Origin: an uncultured delta proteobacterium
Lineage (GTDB): Bacteria; Desulfobacterota; Desulfomonilia; Desulfomonilales; Desulfomonilaceae
Assembly (NCBI GenBank): GCA_963789265.1
Contig: CAWBKB010000003.1
Coordinates: 832,001-896,000 of the forward strand
Reading direction: 5' to 3'
DNA: 64,000 nt
How positions within the stretch are numbered: the first letter of the stretch is position 1; each line of letters opens with the position of its first letter. Below the pieces are notes generated by a model. It saw only the letters and a list, made by a program, of their open reading frames with translations. It was not told where the DNA came from and did not search any database. Position numbers and translations under genes: made by a program. This document shows positions 41,461-51,545 of this stretch, one piece after another.

Positions 41461-42819
41461 CTAAGCGATCTCCTTCGGATCAACGCCTTCTTTTCGGCTT
41501 CGAATGTCGTGGTAAAATACCACCAGAGACGCCGCGCCGAAGAGCCCCCCGATGAGTCCCCCGATACTGCTCAACAACTGCTGCAGTACGTTTCCGACAA
41601 TCCGAGATTCAGGCATCAGCGACGCAATTATTGCAGCCGGCACTTGGAAAATGAGGGTAACGGCAGCGCTTATGAGCACAAACAGAATCAGCAGAAGCGC
41701 CAGTCTTGACAGGTATCTTCGAGGCCATGCTGCGGCTGCTTTTCCCGTTAACAGATGCCAGCTTCTTTCCAGTGCACTTATATAAGCTGTATCCTCGATG
41801 ATGACGACTATGTCGGAGAGTAACAACTTCGCAATGACGTACAGCCACAGCCCCGCCAGCATGGGCCAAGTTATCGCGGACCACCAGCCGGAATGGGTGA
41901 ATTGACGGAAAATGAAGAACAGGGCCGCGCCCAACAGCATAGCCAGCAGTAGTGCCGCGCAGGTCACGACAGCGAAAAGAATAGAAGTTAGAATGTACCT
42001 ACCCAGCCTCGCCAGTGCAAAACGATAAGCGTCCCCCACACGAAACTCCCGACCGTTGTGAACCGATGAAACCGCATGAATCAGCGCGCCCTGGGAAAGG
42101 AAGAACACCGCTACCACCACCACGACCACCGACGGGATTACCGTGATTCCAGTCGTGATCAAGACCCACGAAGGTATGCTGCTGAAGGTTCCCCAGGTTA
42201 GACCCGCAACCGCCACGATTATAGCTATAGTTAGACAGAGACTTGCCATAGCGAGGTACGGGATGCCGACTATTGCCAACAACTTCCAAAAATGGGACCG
42301 ACAAATCTGAAACGTTCGATCAATGATGCCGCCGAGCGATAAAGGTTGAATCGAGATCCCTTCCTCGCCGGGAGGGCCTGCACCGCCAGTTCCACCCTGA
42401 GCCTGGCGATGAGAAAGCTGTTCGCCTTCTGATCGCGCCGGCATGACCGGGGGAGCGATTACGTCGTAAGAACTTCTGCCAGGCTCATCCGGCTCTGATG
42501 ACCGTTCTTCTTCGAGAAGCTTGGTCCCAGGTAAAACTTGGGTTTCGGCAAGGTCTATCGGAGCAGCCTCGGGAAGCGGTGGAGATACTTCGAGAGTAGC
42601 TCCCAGCTTTTCCATGAGCCGAACCAACCGTCCCGCGTTCTTGGCGCTGGCTCGCCGTGTCAAAGTCCACGGCAGCGATTCCATCCGTTTAACGGCTTTC
42701 TCCACTGGGAGGTTCGTTGTGATGCGAGAGAGCGTCAGGGCCACCTTTCTTTTACTTTCGTCATCCTTGACGCTTACCAGCACCAGAGTATGAAGAGGTT
42801 CGGAAGCTTCCGCGGCCAT
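41461..42819 (-). CDS. Membrane protein with N-terminal L7/L12-CTD-like domain and multi-TM domain
   Basis: AVKRMESLPWTL...LMEKLGATLEV, Pro-rich linker, PLSLGGIIDRTF, about 6 TM helices, YHDIRSRKEG. Confidence 0.7.
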   Translation of the reverse strand: MAAEASEPLHTLVLVSVKDDESKRKVALTLSRITTNLPVEKAVKRMESLPWTLTRRASAKNAGRLVRLMEKLGATLEVSPPLPEAAPIDLAETQVLPGTKLLEEERSSEPDEPGRSSYDVIAPPVMPARSEGEQLSHRQAQGGTGGAGPPGEEGISIQPLSLGGIIDRTFQICRSHFWKLLAIVGIPYLAMASLCLTIAIIVAVAGLTWGTFSSIPSWVLITTGITVIPSVVVVVVAVFFLSQGALIHAVSSVHNGREFRVGDAYRFALARLGRYILTSILFAVVTCAALLLAMLLGAALFFIFRQFTHSGWWSAITWPMLAGLWLYVIAKLLLSDIVVIIEDTAYISALERSWHLLTGKAAAAWPRRYLSRLALLLILFVLISAAVTLIFQVPAAIIASLMPESRIVGNVLQQLLSSIGGLIGGLFGAASLVVFYHDIRSRKEGVDPKEIA

Positions 42820-43454
42820 CAGATCTCCTTTCGTCTCATTCGTTGGGCGGGCGATTCCGATTTTTCATAGACAGCTTCACTGCCGGCTGGGCGTGATTCG
42901 GCAGAAAATTTATAGGCGGAGGGCTCTTCGAACTCCGGTTCCATAATTACAGTGGTCCGTGCTGCAAGATCGCCCAGGCGTCGGTTGCGTGAATCTATGA
43001 ACATAATCACGAGTCCCAAGGGATATATCTGACCCAAAATGTCAATTGATCGGAAGACGTTGCGAATCAGGGCATGAACAAAAGAAATGGGGCCACCGTC
43101 TTGTCTCACGACCCGGATCCGTTGAGATATCTTCCCGGGCGTTGCACCGTTCCACAGATATTCGAACGCGACAAAATAACCCGTAGTTATTATCTCAATT
43201 CCGATAATTACGGAAACGATCGGCCACCAGCCGAAGGAATTCTCAAGTTCAGGGAAGAAGTCCAAAATCGATGCAGGTTTCCCGGTGAAGATGAATACGA
43301 GACCTGTTATAAAAAGTAGATCCAAAACTACGCCGATCTGGATCAGTATATCGATGAGATATGCTATTGACCTCGTTCCTATACCGGCCGGTCGGAATTG
43401 AGGCTCCACGTATACCGATGCGTCCACCGTGAGGGTTTGATGATTTTCTTGCAA
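42819..43454 (-). CDS. RDD family membrane protein
   Basis: AGIGTRSIAYLID, FEYLWNGATPGK, IRN.FR..D, RRLGDLAARTTV. Confidence 0.88.
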   Translation of the reverse strand: MQENHQTLTVDASVYVEPQFRPAGIGTRSIAYLIDILIQIGVVLDLLFITGLVFIFTGKPASILDFFPELENSFGWWPIVSVIIGIEIITTGYFVAFEYLWNGATPGKISQRIRVVRQDGGPISFVHALIRNVFRSIDILGQIYPLGLVIMFIDSRNRRLGDLAARTTVIMEPEFEEPSAYKFSAESRPAGSEAVYEKSESPAQRMRRKEI

Positions 43455-43759
43455 CGCCGCATTCCTGACCCAATATGATTCGCGACTGGTTACAGCCCGG
43501 GCAATAATATGTCACCTTTGTCGACAGACGCAAAGCGAAATGGCAAGGGGTCGACAGAGTGGTGACCGCCGGCACGAGTTTGAGATGATTAGCAAGACGG
43601 AAAGGTTTGTGAATCTCTGCAAATTGGGGGCTCCCGTACGCATCACTCTCTTTGGGGCAAAAGTATTAAAACATCTGATCTTTCTGCTTGCGATGATCCG
43701 TCTTCTTTTGTAGGTTAAAACCAGATGTTTCTAACTTGTATCCGGTGCCAACGAGGGCC

Positions 43760-45941
43760 ATGAAGAATCCGGTGGAAATTCTCATCGTCGAAGACAGCCC
43801 CCTGCAGGCCAAGCGGCTGAAGCTTTTGTTAGAGCAGCACGACTACAAAGTGATGATAGCTTACAACGGCAGAGAAGGGCTCCAGGCGACGCGCGATTAC
43901 AGGCCCTCTCTCATCGTGAGCGACATCATTATGCCCGTCATGGACGGCTATGAAATGTGTCGCATTTTGAAACGTGATGAAGACCTCAAGCACACCCCAA
44001 TTGTTCTACTAACATCGCTGTCAAACCCGCAAGACGTTTTTCTTGGGCTGGAATCGGGAGCGGACAGCTACGTGAGCAAGCCTTTCCAAGCCGAGTCTTT
44101 GCTAGCCAGAATTGAATCGGTCCTGGCGGCATCCGTCCACATCAAGACCGGTAAGGAACTGGAAGAATTGGAAATTGTAGTCGGGGAAAAGCGTTACGTC
44201 ATAACTTCCAGCCGTCACCAAATATTGAATCTGCTCCTTTCCACTTACCAGGACGCTGTCGAGCAAAATCGAATTCTACGGGAAATGCGAACCAAATTGG
44301 TAATACTGAACGAAAGGCTCGAGACTTTAGTCGCAGAAAGAACTGCCTCGCTTCGGAAGGAAATTGCTGAACGCAAGCGCACCGAACAAGACTTGGCCTC
44401 GGAGAAGGAACGACTCTCAGTCACCCTCCGGTCCATCGGTGATGGAGTGATTACTACCGATACCGAGGGGAAAGTCGTGTTGCTGAACCGGGCGGCGGAA
44501 GATCTCACCGGCTGGACCCAGGAGGAAACCGTCGGCAGGTCTCTGACGAAGGTTTTCGATCTTACCGGGACAAAGGCCTTTGCCGGCGGAGAAACCGTGG
44601 TAGAAAACATTCTTAAGAACGGAGCCCTGCTGAGTCTTGACGATGAAATCATCCTGCGCTCGAGGAATGGCTTGGAACGAACAGTTGCGGTAAGCGGAAC
44701 CCCGATTTGTGACCTCATGAGCAGAATCATAGGTGCGGTCTTGGTCTTTCGCGACATAACCGAGAGAAGAAAGATGGAAGAAGAACGCACCAAGGCTCAA
44801 AAACTTGAATCCGTAGGCATCCTGGCTGGAGGCATTGCCCATGATTTCAATAACTTACTCACCGCCATCTTGGGGAATGTCACTCTGGCAAAAATCAGTT
44901 CCACCGCCGGCGATAATATTTTCGAGCGATTGGAGGAAGCGGAAAAAGCATCGTTGCGGGCCAAGAATTTGACTCATCAATTGTTGACGTTTTCTAAAGG
45001 TGGCGCGCCCCTTAAGAAGACGGTTTCCATTGCTCAACTGCTGAGAGATTCTGTTTGGTTTGCCCTGAGTGGATCCAATGTGCGCTGCGACCTTTCCGTC
45101 CCCGACGATCTCTGGATGGTCGAGGTCGATGAAGGACAGATAAGTCAAGTCATCCACAATTTGGTCATCAATGCCGATCAGGCCATGCCTGAAGGGGGCA
45201 CAATCAGAGTGTATGCCGAGAATTCGGCGACAGTACCCTCCGCATCACTCGGATGCGTTCTCTAACGACCTCAAATATGTCAAAGTCTCGGTCCAAGATG
45301 AAGGGATAGGTATAGCCCCGGAACATCTTTCCAAAGTATTTGACCCTTATTTCACGACTAAACAGAAGGGTAGCGGATTGGGACTTGCAAGTTGCTATTC
45401 TATATTAAGAAATCACGACGGGTTCGTCACCGTTGAATCCGATCTGGGTGTAGGAAGTACCTTCCACGTTTTCCTGCCGGCTGCCCCGATGAATAAACCT
45501 GCGGTTGAGGAAGCCAAGGTACGGCCTCGGCCCGAGAAAGGAACAGTGCTTGTCATGGACGACGAGGAGATATTGAGAAACTTTCTCGGCGAGCTACTGG
45601 ATTTATTGGGATATGAGGTTGAGTTTGCGTGCCACGGTCTTGAAGCGATAGATCTTTATAGCGAGGCGAAAGCCGCCGGCACGCCGTTCGATTGTGTTCT
45701 CATGGACTTGACAATACCGGGCGGCATGGGCGGAAAAGAAGCAATTCAAAGATTACTGGAAATCGATCCTGATGTTAAGGCGATTGTCTCAAGCGGCTAT
45801 TCGGATGATCCGGTGATGGCTGAACCCGCAAAGTATGGCTTCGTCGGCGTCGTGGCAAAGCCCTATGACGCCAACTTGCTTGGCGAAGTGATCCACAGAG
45901 TTATGACAGAGCACAAAAATAGTGCTCTTTCGCAAAATTAG
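43760..45941 (+). CDS. Hybrid sensor histidine kinase REC-PAS-HisKA-HATPase-REC (+1 frameshift near 45250)
   Basis: ILIVEDS, SDIIMP; SIGDGVITTD PAS; GGIAHDFNN; NADQAM; DEGIGI..FDPYFTTK.KGSGLGL; VMDDE...MDLTIPGG. Confidence 0.92.
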
Positions 45942-45958
45942 TTAGCCCGACGAGCAGT

Positions 45959-46966
45959 ATGTCTCTTTCAAACTCCGTTTATCATGACGACATCACGGAC
46001 GTCCCCGGGATGCGAGTGGGCAATGCTCACGATGCAGATGCCAAGACAGGGGTAACCGTAATTCTACCCCCTGCTGACGGCGCTCGCGCCGGCCTTCACG
46101 TGGGGGGTAGCGCGCCTTCCACTCGTCAGATCGATTCCCTCCGGCCCTTCCATGTGGTGGACCGGGTTCACGGAGTCTGTTTGTGTGGTGGTAGTGCCTA
46201 TGGTCTGGACGCGGCCGGTGGAGTGTTGGTTTACTTGGAGGGAAAGGGAGTCGGGTTCCAGGTAGGTGAGAGAACAATTCCTATCGTACCGGCTGCTGCG
46301 ATCTTTGATTTGAACGTGGGGAATGGATCGATTCGTCCCGACACGGCGATGGGTCGCGATGCATGCCGGAATGCATCTCATGGACCGATAGCACAGGGGA
46401 GTGTCGGCGCAGGCATCGGAGCCAGTGTCGGAAAACTGTTCGGCATAGAACAAGCCATGAAGGGCGGGCTTGGTTCGGCCTCCTGCGTTTCACACGATCT
46501 TGTAGTCGGGGGAATGGTTGTAGTCAATGCATTTGGAGACGTTTGCGATATGCACGGAAACGTTCTTGCCGGGTGCCGAGTGTCTCCCGACGCGCTGGAA
46601 CCTGCTGACTCGGCGCGTCTCTTGAGAGAAGGTAAAGCTCTGTCTAGACGCGTTTCGGTTGAAAATACCTCTCTGGCCGTAGTGGCAGTCAATGCACGGC
46701 TTGGGAAGATCGCGGCGTCAAGGGTGGCCGCGCAGGCCACTCTAGGTATGGCAGCCGTGATTCGACCCTTCCACAGCCACCTTGACGGTGATTTAACTAT
46801 TGTCTTGAGTGTCGGAGACAAGGATGCCGATCTCAGCCGCATTGCTCTGTTGGCGGCTGAAGTCCTCCAGCGATCTGTGATAAAAGCGGTGCAAAGCGCT
46901 GATGGCCTGGGGATTCTGCCTGCATGGAAGGACCGACGCTCGATTGCGGGGGGCTATGGTTCTTAG
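45959..46966 (+). CDS. P1/S58 family peptidase (DmpA-like L-aminopeptidase/D-esterase)
   Basis: ITDVPGMRVG, TGVTVIL, GGSAYGLDAA, PIVPAAAIFDL, VVNAFGDV, NTS, DGD. Confidence 0.88.
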   Translation: MSLSNSVYHDDITDVPGMRVGNAHDADAKTGVTVILPPADGARAGLHVGGSAPSTRQIDSLRPFHVVDRVHGVCLCGGSAYGLDAAGGVLVYLEGKGVGFQVGERTIPIVPAAAIFDLNVGNGSIRPDTAMGRDACRNASHGPIAQGSVGAGIGASVGKLFGIEQAMKGGLGSASCVSHDLVVGGMVVVNAFGDVCDMHGNVLAGCRVSPDALEPADSARLLREGKALSRRVSVENTSLAVVAVNARLGKIAASRVAAQATLGMAAVIRPFHSHLDGDLTIVLSVGDKDADLSRIALLAAEVLQRSVIKAVQSADGLGILPAWKDRRSIAGGYGS

Positions 46967-47024
46967 TGCTACTCGTACATGCAGCTTCGTCCGCTCAGTT
47001 TTAATTTGTGAGCACGCGACAAAA

Positions 47025-47065
47025 AAGAAAGGCCCCCGGGGGACGCGCCGAAGGCCTTTCTTCTT
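47025..47065. terminator. Bidirectional terminator hairpin
   Basis: AAGAAAGGCC...GGCCTTTCTT between convergent genes, with A/T tails. Confidence 0.6.
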
Positions 47066-47084
47066 CACTCTTTCGGAGACGATT

Positions 47085-47570
47085 CTAGAAGCTTGACATT
47101 TTCCACGGGCATCCTCCGCACCCTTGACCGCCAACCCTGCAACAGCCTCCAAGGCCCATTGCGGCAAAACCTGGCCCGGCGGAAGCCAACTTCTGCCTCT
47201 GTTCCGGGGTCAAGAGTGCCCTGAACTTGGTGCCCGTCCCTCGTCGCTCGTTGCGCATCGAATCCTGTACGGACCAGATTTCTTGCCTCTTCTTCTCAAT
47301 TGCCTGCTCGTCAGGGTTGTCTTTAGAAGCCAATTCCATCAACTGAATCCTCTTTTGGGCCAGATTGGACCTGAGCGTCTCCAGCTTCTTGAACAACTCG
47401 TTTCTCAGCGCAGTCACTTGCTTCTGCTGATCTGCTGACAGATCGAGCCTTGCAGCCGCGCATCTGCCCATGCCACCTAAACAGCAGCCCATTTGTTGCG
47501 CGAAAGAGGCTGATGCCACCAGCAAAAGCGTCATCGGGACTGCCAATACGGTTGCCTTAGCGAATCTCAT
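47085..47570 (-). CDS. Spy/CpxP/ZraP-family periplasmic protein with Cys-rich termini
   Basis: Signal peptide, LSADQQKQ and LLTPEQR (LTxxQ) motifs, helical core. Confidence 0.85.
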   Translation of the reverse strand: MRFAKATVLAVPMTLLLVASASFAQQMGCCLGGMGRCAAARLDLSADQQKQVTALRNELFKKLETLRSNLAQKRIQLMELASKDNPDEQAIEKKRQEIWSVQDSMRNERRGTGTKFRALLTPEQRQKLASAGPGFAAMGLGGCCRVGGQGCGGCPWKMSSF

Positions 47571-47720
47571 TCAGTACCTCCTTTTGTCCGGGCGGTTCTT
47601 TTGTATCTAATATTGATTACAGTCCCCGGAGCAAAAGCTCGCGAAAAATCATTGTGAGGTAGCTGAAAGATTGATTGAACAGCCGAGATATAATTGCGCG
47701 GTCTGATCTTTAGGTCCGAA

Positions 47721-48254
47721 TTAGCGAGATGTCTCCCCGGTCACGGGAGGCCGCATGGGGCCGCAAGAACCCATGCCACCTGACCGGCCGCGTCCGCGAC
47801 GCCACCCGCCCCGGCCAAAACACATGCCCGACATCATACAACATCGATTCTTTAGAAAAACGACAAACGCTTGCCTCTTTTCCGGCGGCAACGCGGCCAT
47901 GACGGCACATATTCTTGTGATCGCGTCTTTCTCTAACTTCCCTTTTGCCTTGATCAGTTCACTAATACGCTGCTCCACCGCGGCGGTGTCGGACGGATGC
48001 TTCGCGATTAAGTCCAGAAGCTCGAAATTCTTCGCCAGGATTTCGCTTCTGGCTTGTATCGTTGCCGGCCCCCCGTTCCTCAAACTGAGTTTCCGGATTC
48101 GTTCGACGTCCTGGTTTGTCAAGGCAGGAGCTCCATTCCCGAGGGCCGAGGGAGAAGTTCGTTCCACCCATAAATGGCGGACCAACGTTATGGCTACCGC
48201 CAAATTCAGGGTCAGAGAGAAAACAAAAACACCCGTTAGAATCGCCTTCTTCAT
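47721..48254 (-). CDS. Periplasmic heavy-metal-sensor / CpxP-like membrane-anchored protein
   Basis: VFSLTLNLAV TM anchor, LTNQD and LPPEKRQ motifs; ATGA overlap with the anti-sigma stop. Confidence 0.75.
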   Translation of the reverse strand: MKKAILTGVFVFSLTLNLAVAITLVRHLWVERTSPSALGNGAPALTNQDVERIRKLSLRNGGPATIQARSEILAKNFELLDLIAKHPSDTAAVEQRISELIKAKGKLEKDAITRICAVMAALPPEKRQAFVVFLKNRCCMMSGMCFGRGGWRRGRGRSGGMGSCGPMRPPVTGETSR

Positions 48255-48697
48255 CTGGAATTCTCCGCACCGGCGATGTCCGCAACAATGTCCGAAAACG
48301 AGTCCCCTGCATCGGGAAGAAGATAGTCCAGCTTGGTCGGCAATGTGTCGCCGGCGAGTATTCCCGTCACAGATCGGCCGGCAATACCCCCCAGGCCGAT
48401 TGCCAGAAGTACGATCACGACGAACAATGGCACTCTGCCCCATGCCGCGGGGAATTTCGATTCGCGGCCGCGCGCGTTTTCTTCGATCAGTCTGGCCCTC
48501 ATTTTGGCGCCGAGCGCCGGTCGCTGCCAACTCTCCCCCAGAGCAGTAAGCTCCTTGTTCAATCCGGCGATCCGCTCGTATTCGTCCCTGCACGAAACGC
48601 AAGTGGTGAGGTGCTTCTCGAGCGCTCCTGCAGCAGATTCTCCAGCTTCGTCATCTATCAGCCTTGATATTTCCTTTTCGTACTCGCGGCATCCCAT
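48251..48697 (-). CDS. Zinc-binding (zf-HC2/ZAS) anti-sigma factor
   Basis: CREYEKEISRLIDDE...HLTTCVSC (HxxxCxxC) followed by one TM helix. Confidence 0.88.
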   Translation of the reverse strand: MGCREYEKEISRLIDDEAGESAAGALEKHLTTCVSCRDEYERIAGLNKELTALGESWQRPALGAKMRARLIEENARGRESKFPAAWGRVPLFVVIVLLAIGLGGIAGRSVTGILAGDTLPTKLDYLLPDAGDSFSDIVADIAGAENSR

Positions 48698-48756
48698 GGA
48701 TTGCCCCTCCACCCTTCTATACCTCTTGCCTCGCCTAAATCTCGCGCTAATGAGAA

Positions 48757-49341
48757 TTATTCCTCAAGAATCTCCAACAGCCGCCTCCGACCGCGAAATA
48801 TCAGCGATTCCACGGACGATACGGAAGTGTTCATAACATTTGCGATTTCGGCGTAGGTCAAGTCCTCCTGCGCCTTTAGGAGTACTGCAGTCCGCTGTCG
48901 TTCCGGCAGGACTTTCAGCGCCAATTCTACACGCGAACACTCCTGCTTAAGCGCCAAGAGCCTCTCACAATCCTGCTCGCTACCGAAAGGCAAACAATCG
49001 GGTGCTTCTCCCCCTCGCTCGGCGACGTCGCCTTCATTGAGAAATCTCATCGTGCGCCGCTTTAACGAACTGAAGATGTTGATGCTCTGGTTCCTGGCGA
49101 TGGTTAGCAGCCACGTTTTGAAGGTCGCCGTGCCAGGAGAGAAATTTTCAATATGCTTGAAAGCTCGCAAAAATGTCTCTTGAACCACGTCCTCGGCGTC
49201 CTGTGCGCCGCCCGTGATACCCCGGGCAAGTCGGTAGACAGCAGGGGTGTGGCGGTCAACAAGCGCGGCAAAATCCCTTTCCGATCCGCCCTGGGCCCCT
49301 AAGGCAAGCTCCTCGTCCGTGGGATTGTCGTGGTCCGACAT
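48757..49341 (-). CDS. ECF RNA polymerase sigma factor
   Basis: DAEDVVQETF, FKTWLLTIARN, LPERQR, LTYAEIA...VESLIFRGR. Confidence 0.93.
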   Translation of the reverse strand: MSDHDNPTDEELALGAQGGSERDFAALVDRHTPAVYRLARGITGGAQDAEDVVQETFLRAFKHIENFSPGTATFKTWLLTIARNQSINIFSSLKRRTMRFLNEGDVAERGGEAPDCLPFGSEQDCERLLALKQECSRVELALKVLPERQRTAVLLKAQEDLTYAEIANVMNTSVSSVESLIFRGRRRLLEILEE

Positions 49342-49793
49342 TTTACTGAATTACCATCCCCCCCCCGGCCGGACGTCAAACAGCGCCCGTTGTGACTCTT
49401 CACTCGCTCGGAGACCGATACTGCGACGAGCAAAGCGACGAAGCAATCCACTTTGCGGGGCCGCGATGATATTGATCGCTTTGTCGCCAGGCTCTGGGCT
49501 CCCAATCTCCCCCGTGGAAAATGCCGTCCCCTCCCCAAGTAACCGAATCGGCGGCACTCAGGCAATGGCGGATGCCTGTTTCCATGCCATCTCCCGGATT
49601 CCCGCGAGCGCGCCCGGGCCGCCGGCGCGTGTGTGACGGAGTTGTTGGGGGGTTAGAGCCCGGGCACGCTGCGCAAAGTCCTAGGGCCCTTGGGGCGTCG
49701 TCACCACGACGCTATGCACACCGCAGTTCCTCTGACATGCAGGAAAGAACTGAGCATGGTCCTCGCCTGCTCCAGCAGCCGGCTGGGAGAAAT

Positions 49794-49827
49794 GAAAAGG
49801 CCGGGACACCTAGCCTCCCGGCCTTTC
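49794..49827 (-). terminator. Intrinsic terminator of the 49870..50262 gene
   Basis: AAAGGCCGGGA...TCCCGGCCTTT stem; T run on the minus strand. Confidence 0.7.
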
Positions 49828-49869
49828 GGACTATCTCTCAGCTATACCGAAGCAAATGAACTCTGCCGG

Positions 49870-50262
49870 TCACCAACCCTTCGGAGGGATATAGATGTTA
49901 ACCGGCGTGCAGGGCACGGCTGCCGTGACATACGCGGGCCCGTCAAGAGCACATTGACAGCACTCGTCGCCGGGGCACCGGCTAAACAGCGGAGTTGCCA
50001 CAATTGCTGCGGCCCTGAAGGGAATGCTCAAAGCGCAGTGAAGTAACCCGGGAATCAGCGGGGGCTCACACGCGGGGGCAACGGGGCCTCTGAGTGTGTA
50101 GTCCGCCGGATTCAAACCCGTTAGACAGGCACTACCACCACAATAGACGGTGTTCGGAATCCCCGGCGCAGGCCATTTTGCTACGGTGTAACCCCAGGAC
50201 ATCCCTGCACCTAGTGCCAGCATCGCAAGGATTCCAAGAATTACAGCGGATTTCTTAACCAT
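49870..50262 (-). CDS. Secreted Cys/Pro-rich hypothetical protein A
   Basis: GAAAGGAGG RBS, signal peptide, 9 Cys, own promoter and terminator. Confidence 0.8.
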   Translation of the reverse strand: MVKKSAVILGILAMLALGAGMSWGYTVAKWPAPGIPNTVYCGGSACLTGLNPADYTLRGPVAPACEPPLIPGLLHCALSIPFRAAAIVATPLFSRCPGDECCQCALDGPAYVTAAVPCTPVNIYIPPKGW

Positions 50263-50425
50263 ACCCTCATCCTCCTTTCATTCAAGACCTTCCAGTTTCG
50301 AACCGGAAAAAACGGATACTCTATTTAATATGCCTGATATTTATCTGAATAACAGCTCATTGTCAAGCACTTTTTCGCCCAGGCAGGGTCGTCGGCACAA
50401 TGAACTCGTTCCAGATCCTCTCAAC

Positions 50426-50461
50426 AAGAGGGACCGGACTGTGAGAAATCCTGGTCCCTCT
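50426..50461 (-). terminator. Hairpin terminator of the 50506..50976 gene
   Basis: AGAGGGACCGG...CTGGTCCCTCT stem. Confidence 0.55.
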
Positions 50462-50505
50462 CCACAGTTCACGCGTCCACCCTTGCCCAAGCAAGGGCTT
50501 CGGAT

Positions 50506-50976
50506 TTACCAAAGGCTACCAAACATAACTGAGGGCGCACCCAAAACCATGGGGACACCTGCCAAAACGCAGGAAACCGGACCATAGCAAGGACCGCAGG
50601 GTCCGTCGCCACCTAGACCGCCGCAGGCGCCGCCGAGGCCACATCCATATACGCCGTCGCAGCCGCCGAACAGAACATCAAATGGGAAGCCGAGAAGGTT
50701 GGCAACCGCGTCGCACAATCCCGCGGGGCACCCCTTATCACAGGACCCCGAGCAGCACATGGGGCCGGGTGCCGGGCAGGGACCCACGATCTTGCACTGC
50801 CATGTCTTGACCATTGTCGGGAATTCCGGCGTAGGGCACTCTACAGGAACGTACAGAGGCTTGCACATCCCGCACCCGTCATCGCCGGGAAACCCGACAA
50901 AAAACGCGGAGCACGGACCCACAGCCATAAGCATCAGTGACAAAATACCGAGAACAACAACAGTTCTCTTGACCAT
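50506..50976 (-). CDS. Secreted Cys/Gly/Pro-rich hypothetical protein B
   Basis: Same 24-nt RBS/start region as protein A, signal peptide, 17 Cys. Confidence 0.8.
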   Translation of the reverse strand: MVKRTVVVLGILSLMLMAVGPCSAFFVGFPGDDGCGMCKPLYVPVECPTPEFPTMVKTWQCKIVGPCPAPGPMCCSGSCDKGCPAGLCDAVANLLGFPFDVLFGGCDGVYGCGLGGACGGLGGDGPCGPCYGPVSCVLAGVPMVLGAPSVMFGSLW

Positions 50977-51545
50977 ACCCTCATCCTCCTTTCATCAATC
51001 CTTTTCAAAGGAAGCTTAAAAACCAGATTTGGATTGCCTCCAAAAAATATAGCCCTGGATGTGATTTAACTTTATTGCAGAAATAACCCCTCTTGTCAAC
51101 CTTTTTTTCCGGACACCGATCCGGTCAACCGGGGGGGCCAAGCTGCACCCAAGTTTCGACGTAGGTTAGCCGTCATCAAAGTCGATTGTCAAGTGAAAAA
51201 TCGCCACTGTCGCGCGTGTACGGGTCCCAGACTCCCCGGGACCGAACGCTGGCCGAATTCAGGCCGCCACAAAACTTTTTTAACACGGGCACCATATAGT
51301 TGTTCTGCCGAGGGGCGTCGTGGTGACTGCGAAACATTCCCCCCTCAGCACATTGCTCGACGGAACAAATGCCAAAACTCCCGGGTTGGTATTGACTCCC
51401 ATGATCTGTGAAGCTAAAAGTGGAAAGAAGAGTCTGGACGCCTATTCACATTGGCGCAAACATCACATCTGTGCGGGGACTGCACGTTGTGTTTGGAAAG
51501 CTTTTTGATATCAGGCTATTCAAGAAACAGGAGGAGCCACAGTTT

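Noticed and set aside
47721..48602. 293-aa ORF-track version of the metal-sensor gene
   Set aside because: The upstream extension overlaps the anti-sigma gene in another frame; ATG 48254 with an ATGA overlap is the coherent start.
49420..49450. CTGCGACGAGCAAAGCGACGAAGCAATC, similar to a widespread palindromic repeat
   Set aside because: A single degenerate half copy in the window, too weak to call as an element.
49831..49872. TGA stop of Cys-rich protein A as possible selenocysteine
   Set aside because: No convincing SECIS hairpin immediately downstream, the paralogue ends at an equivalent Trp with TAA, and a terminator follows.
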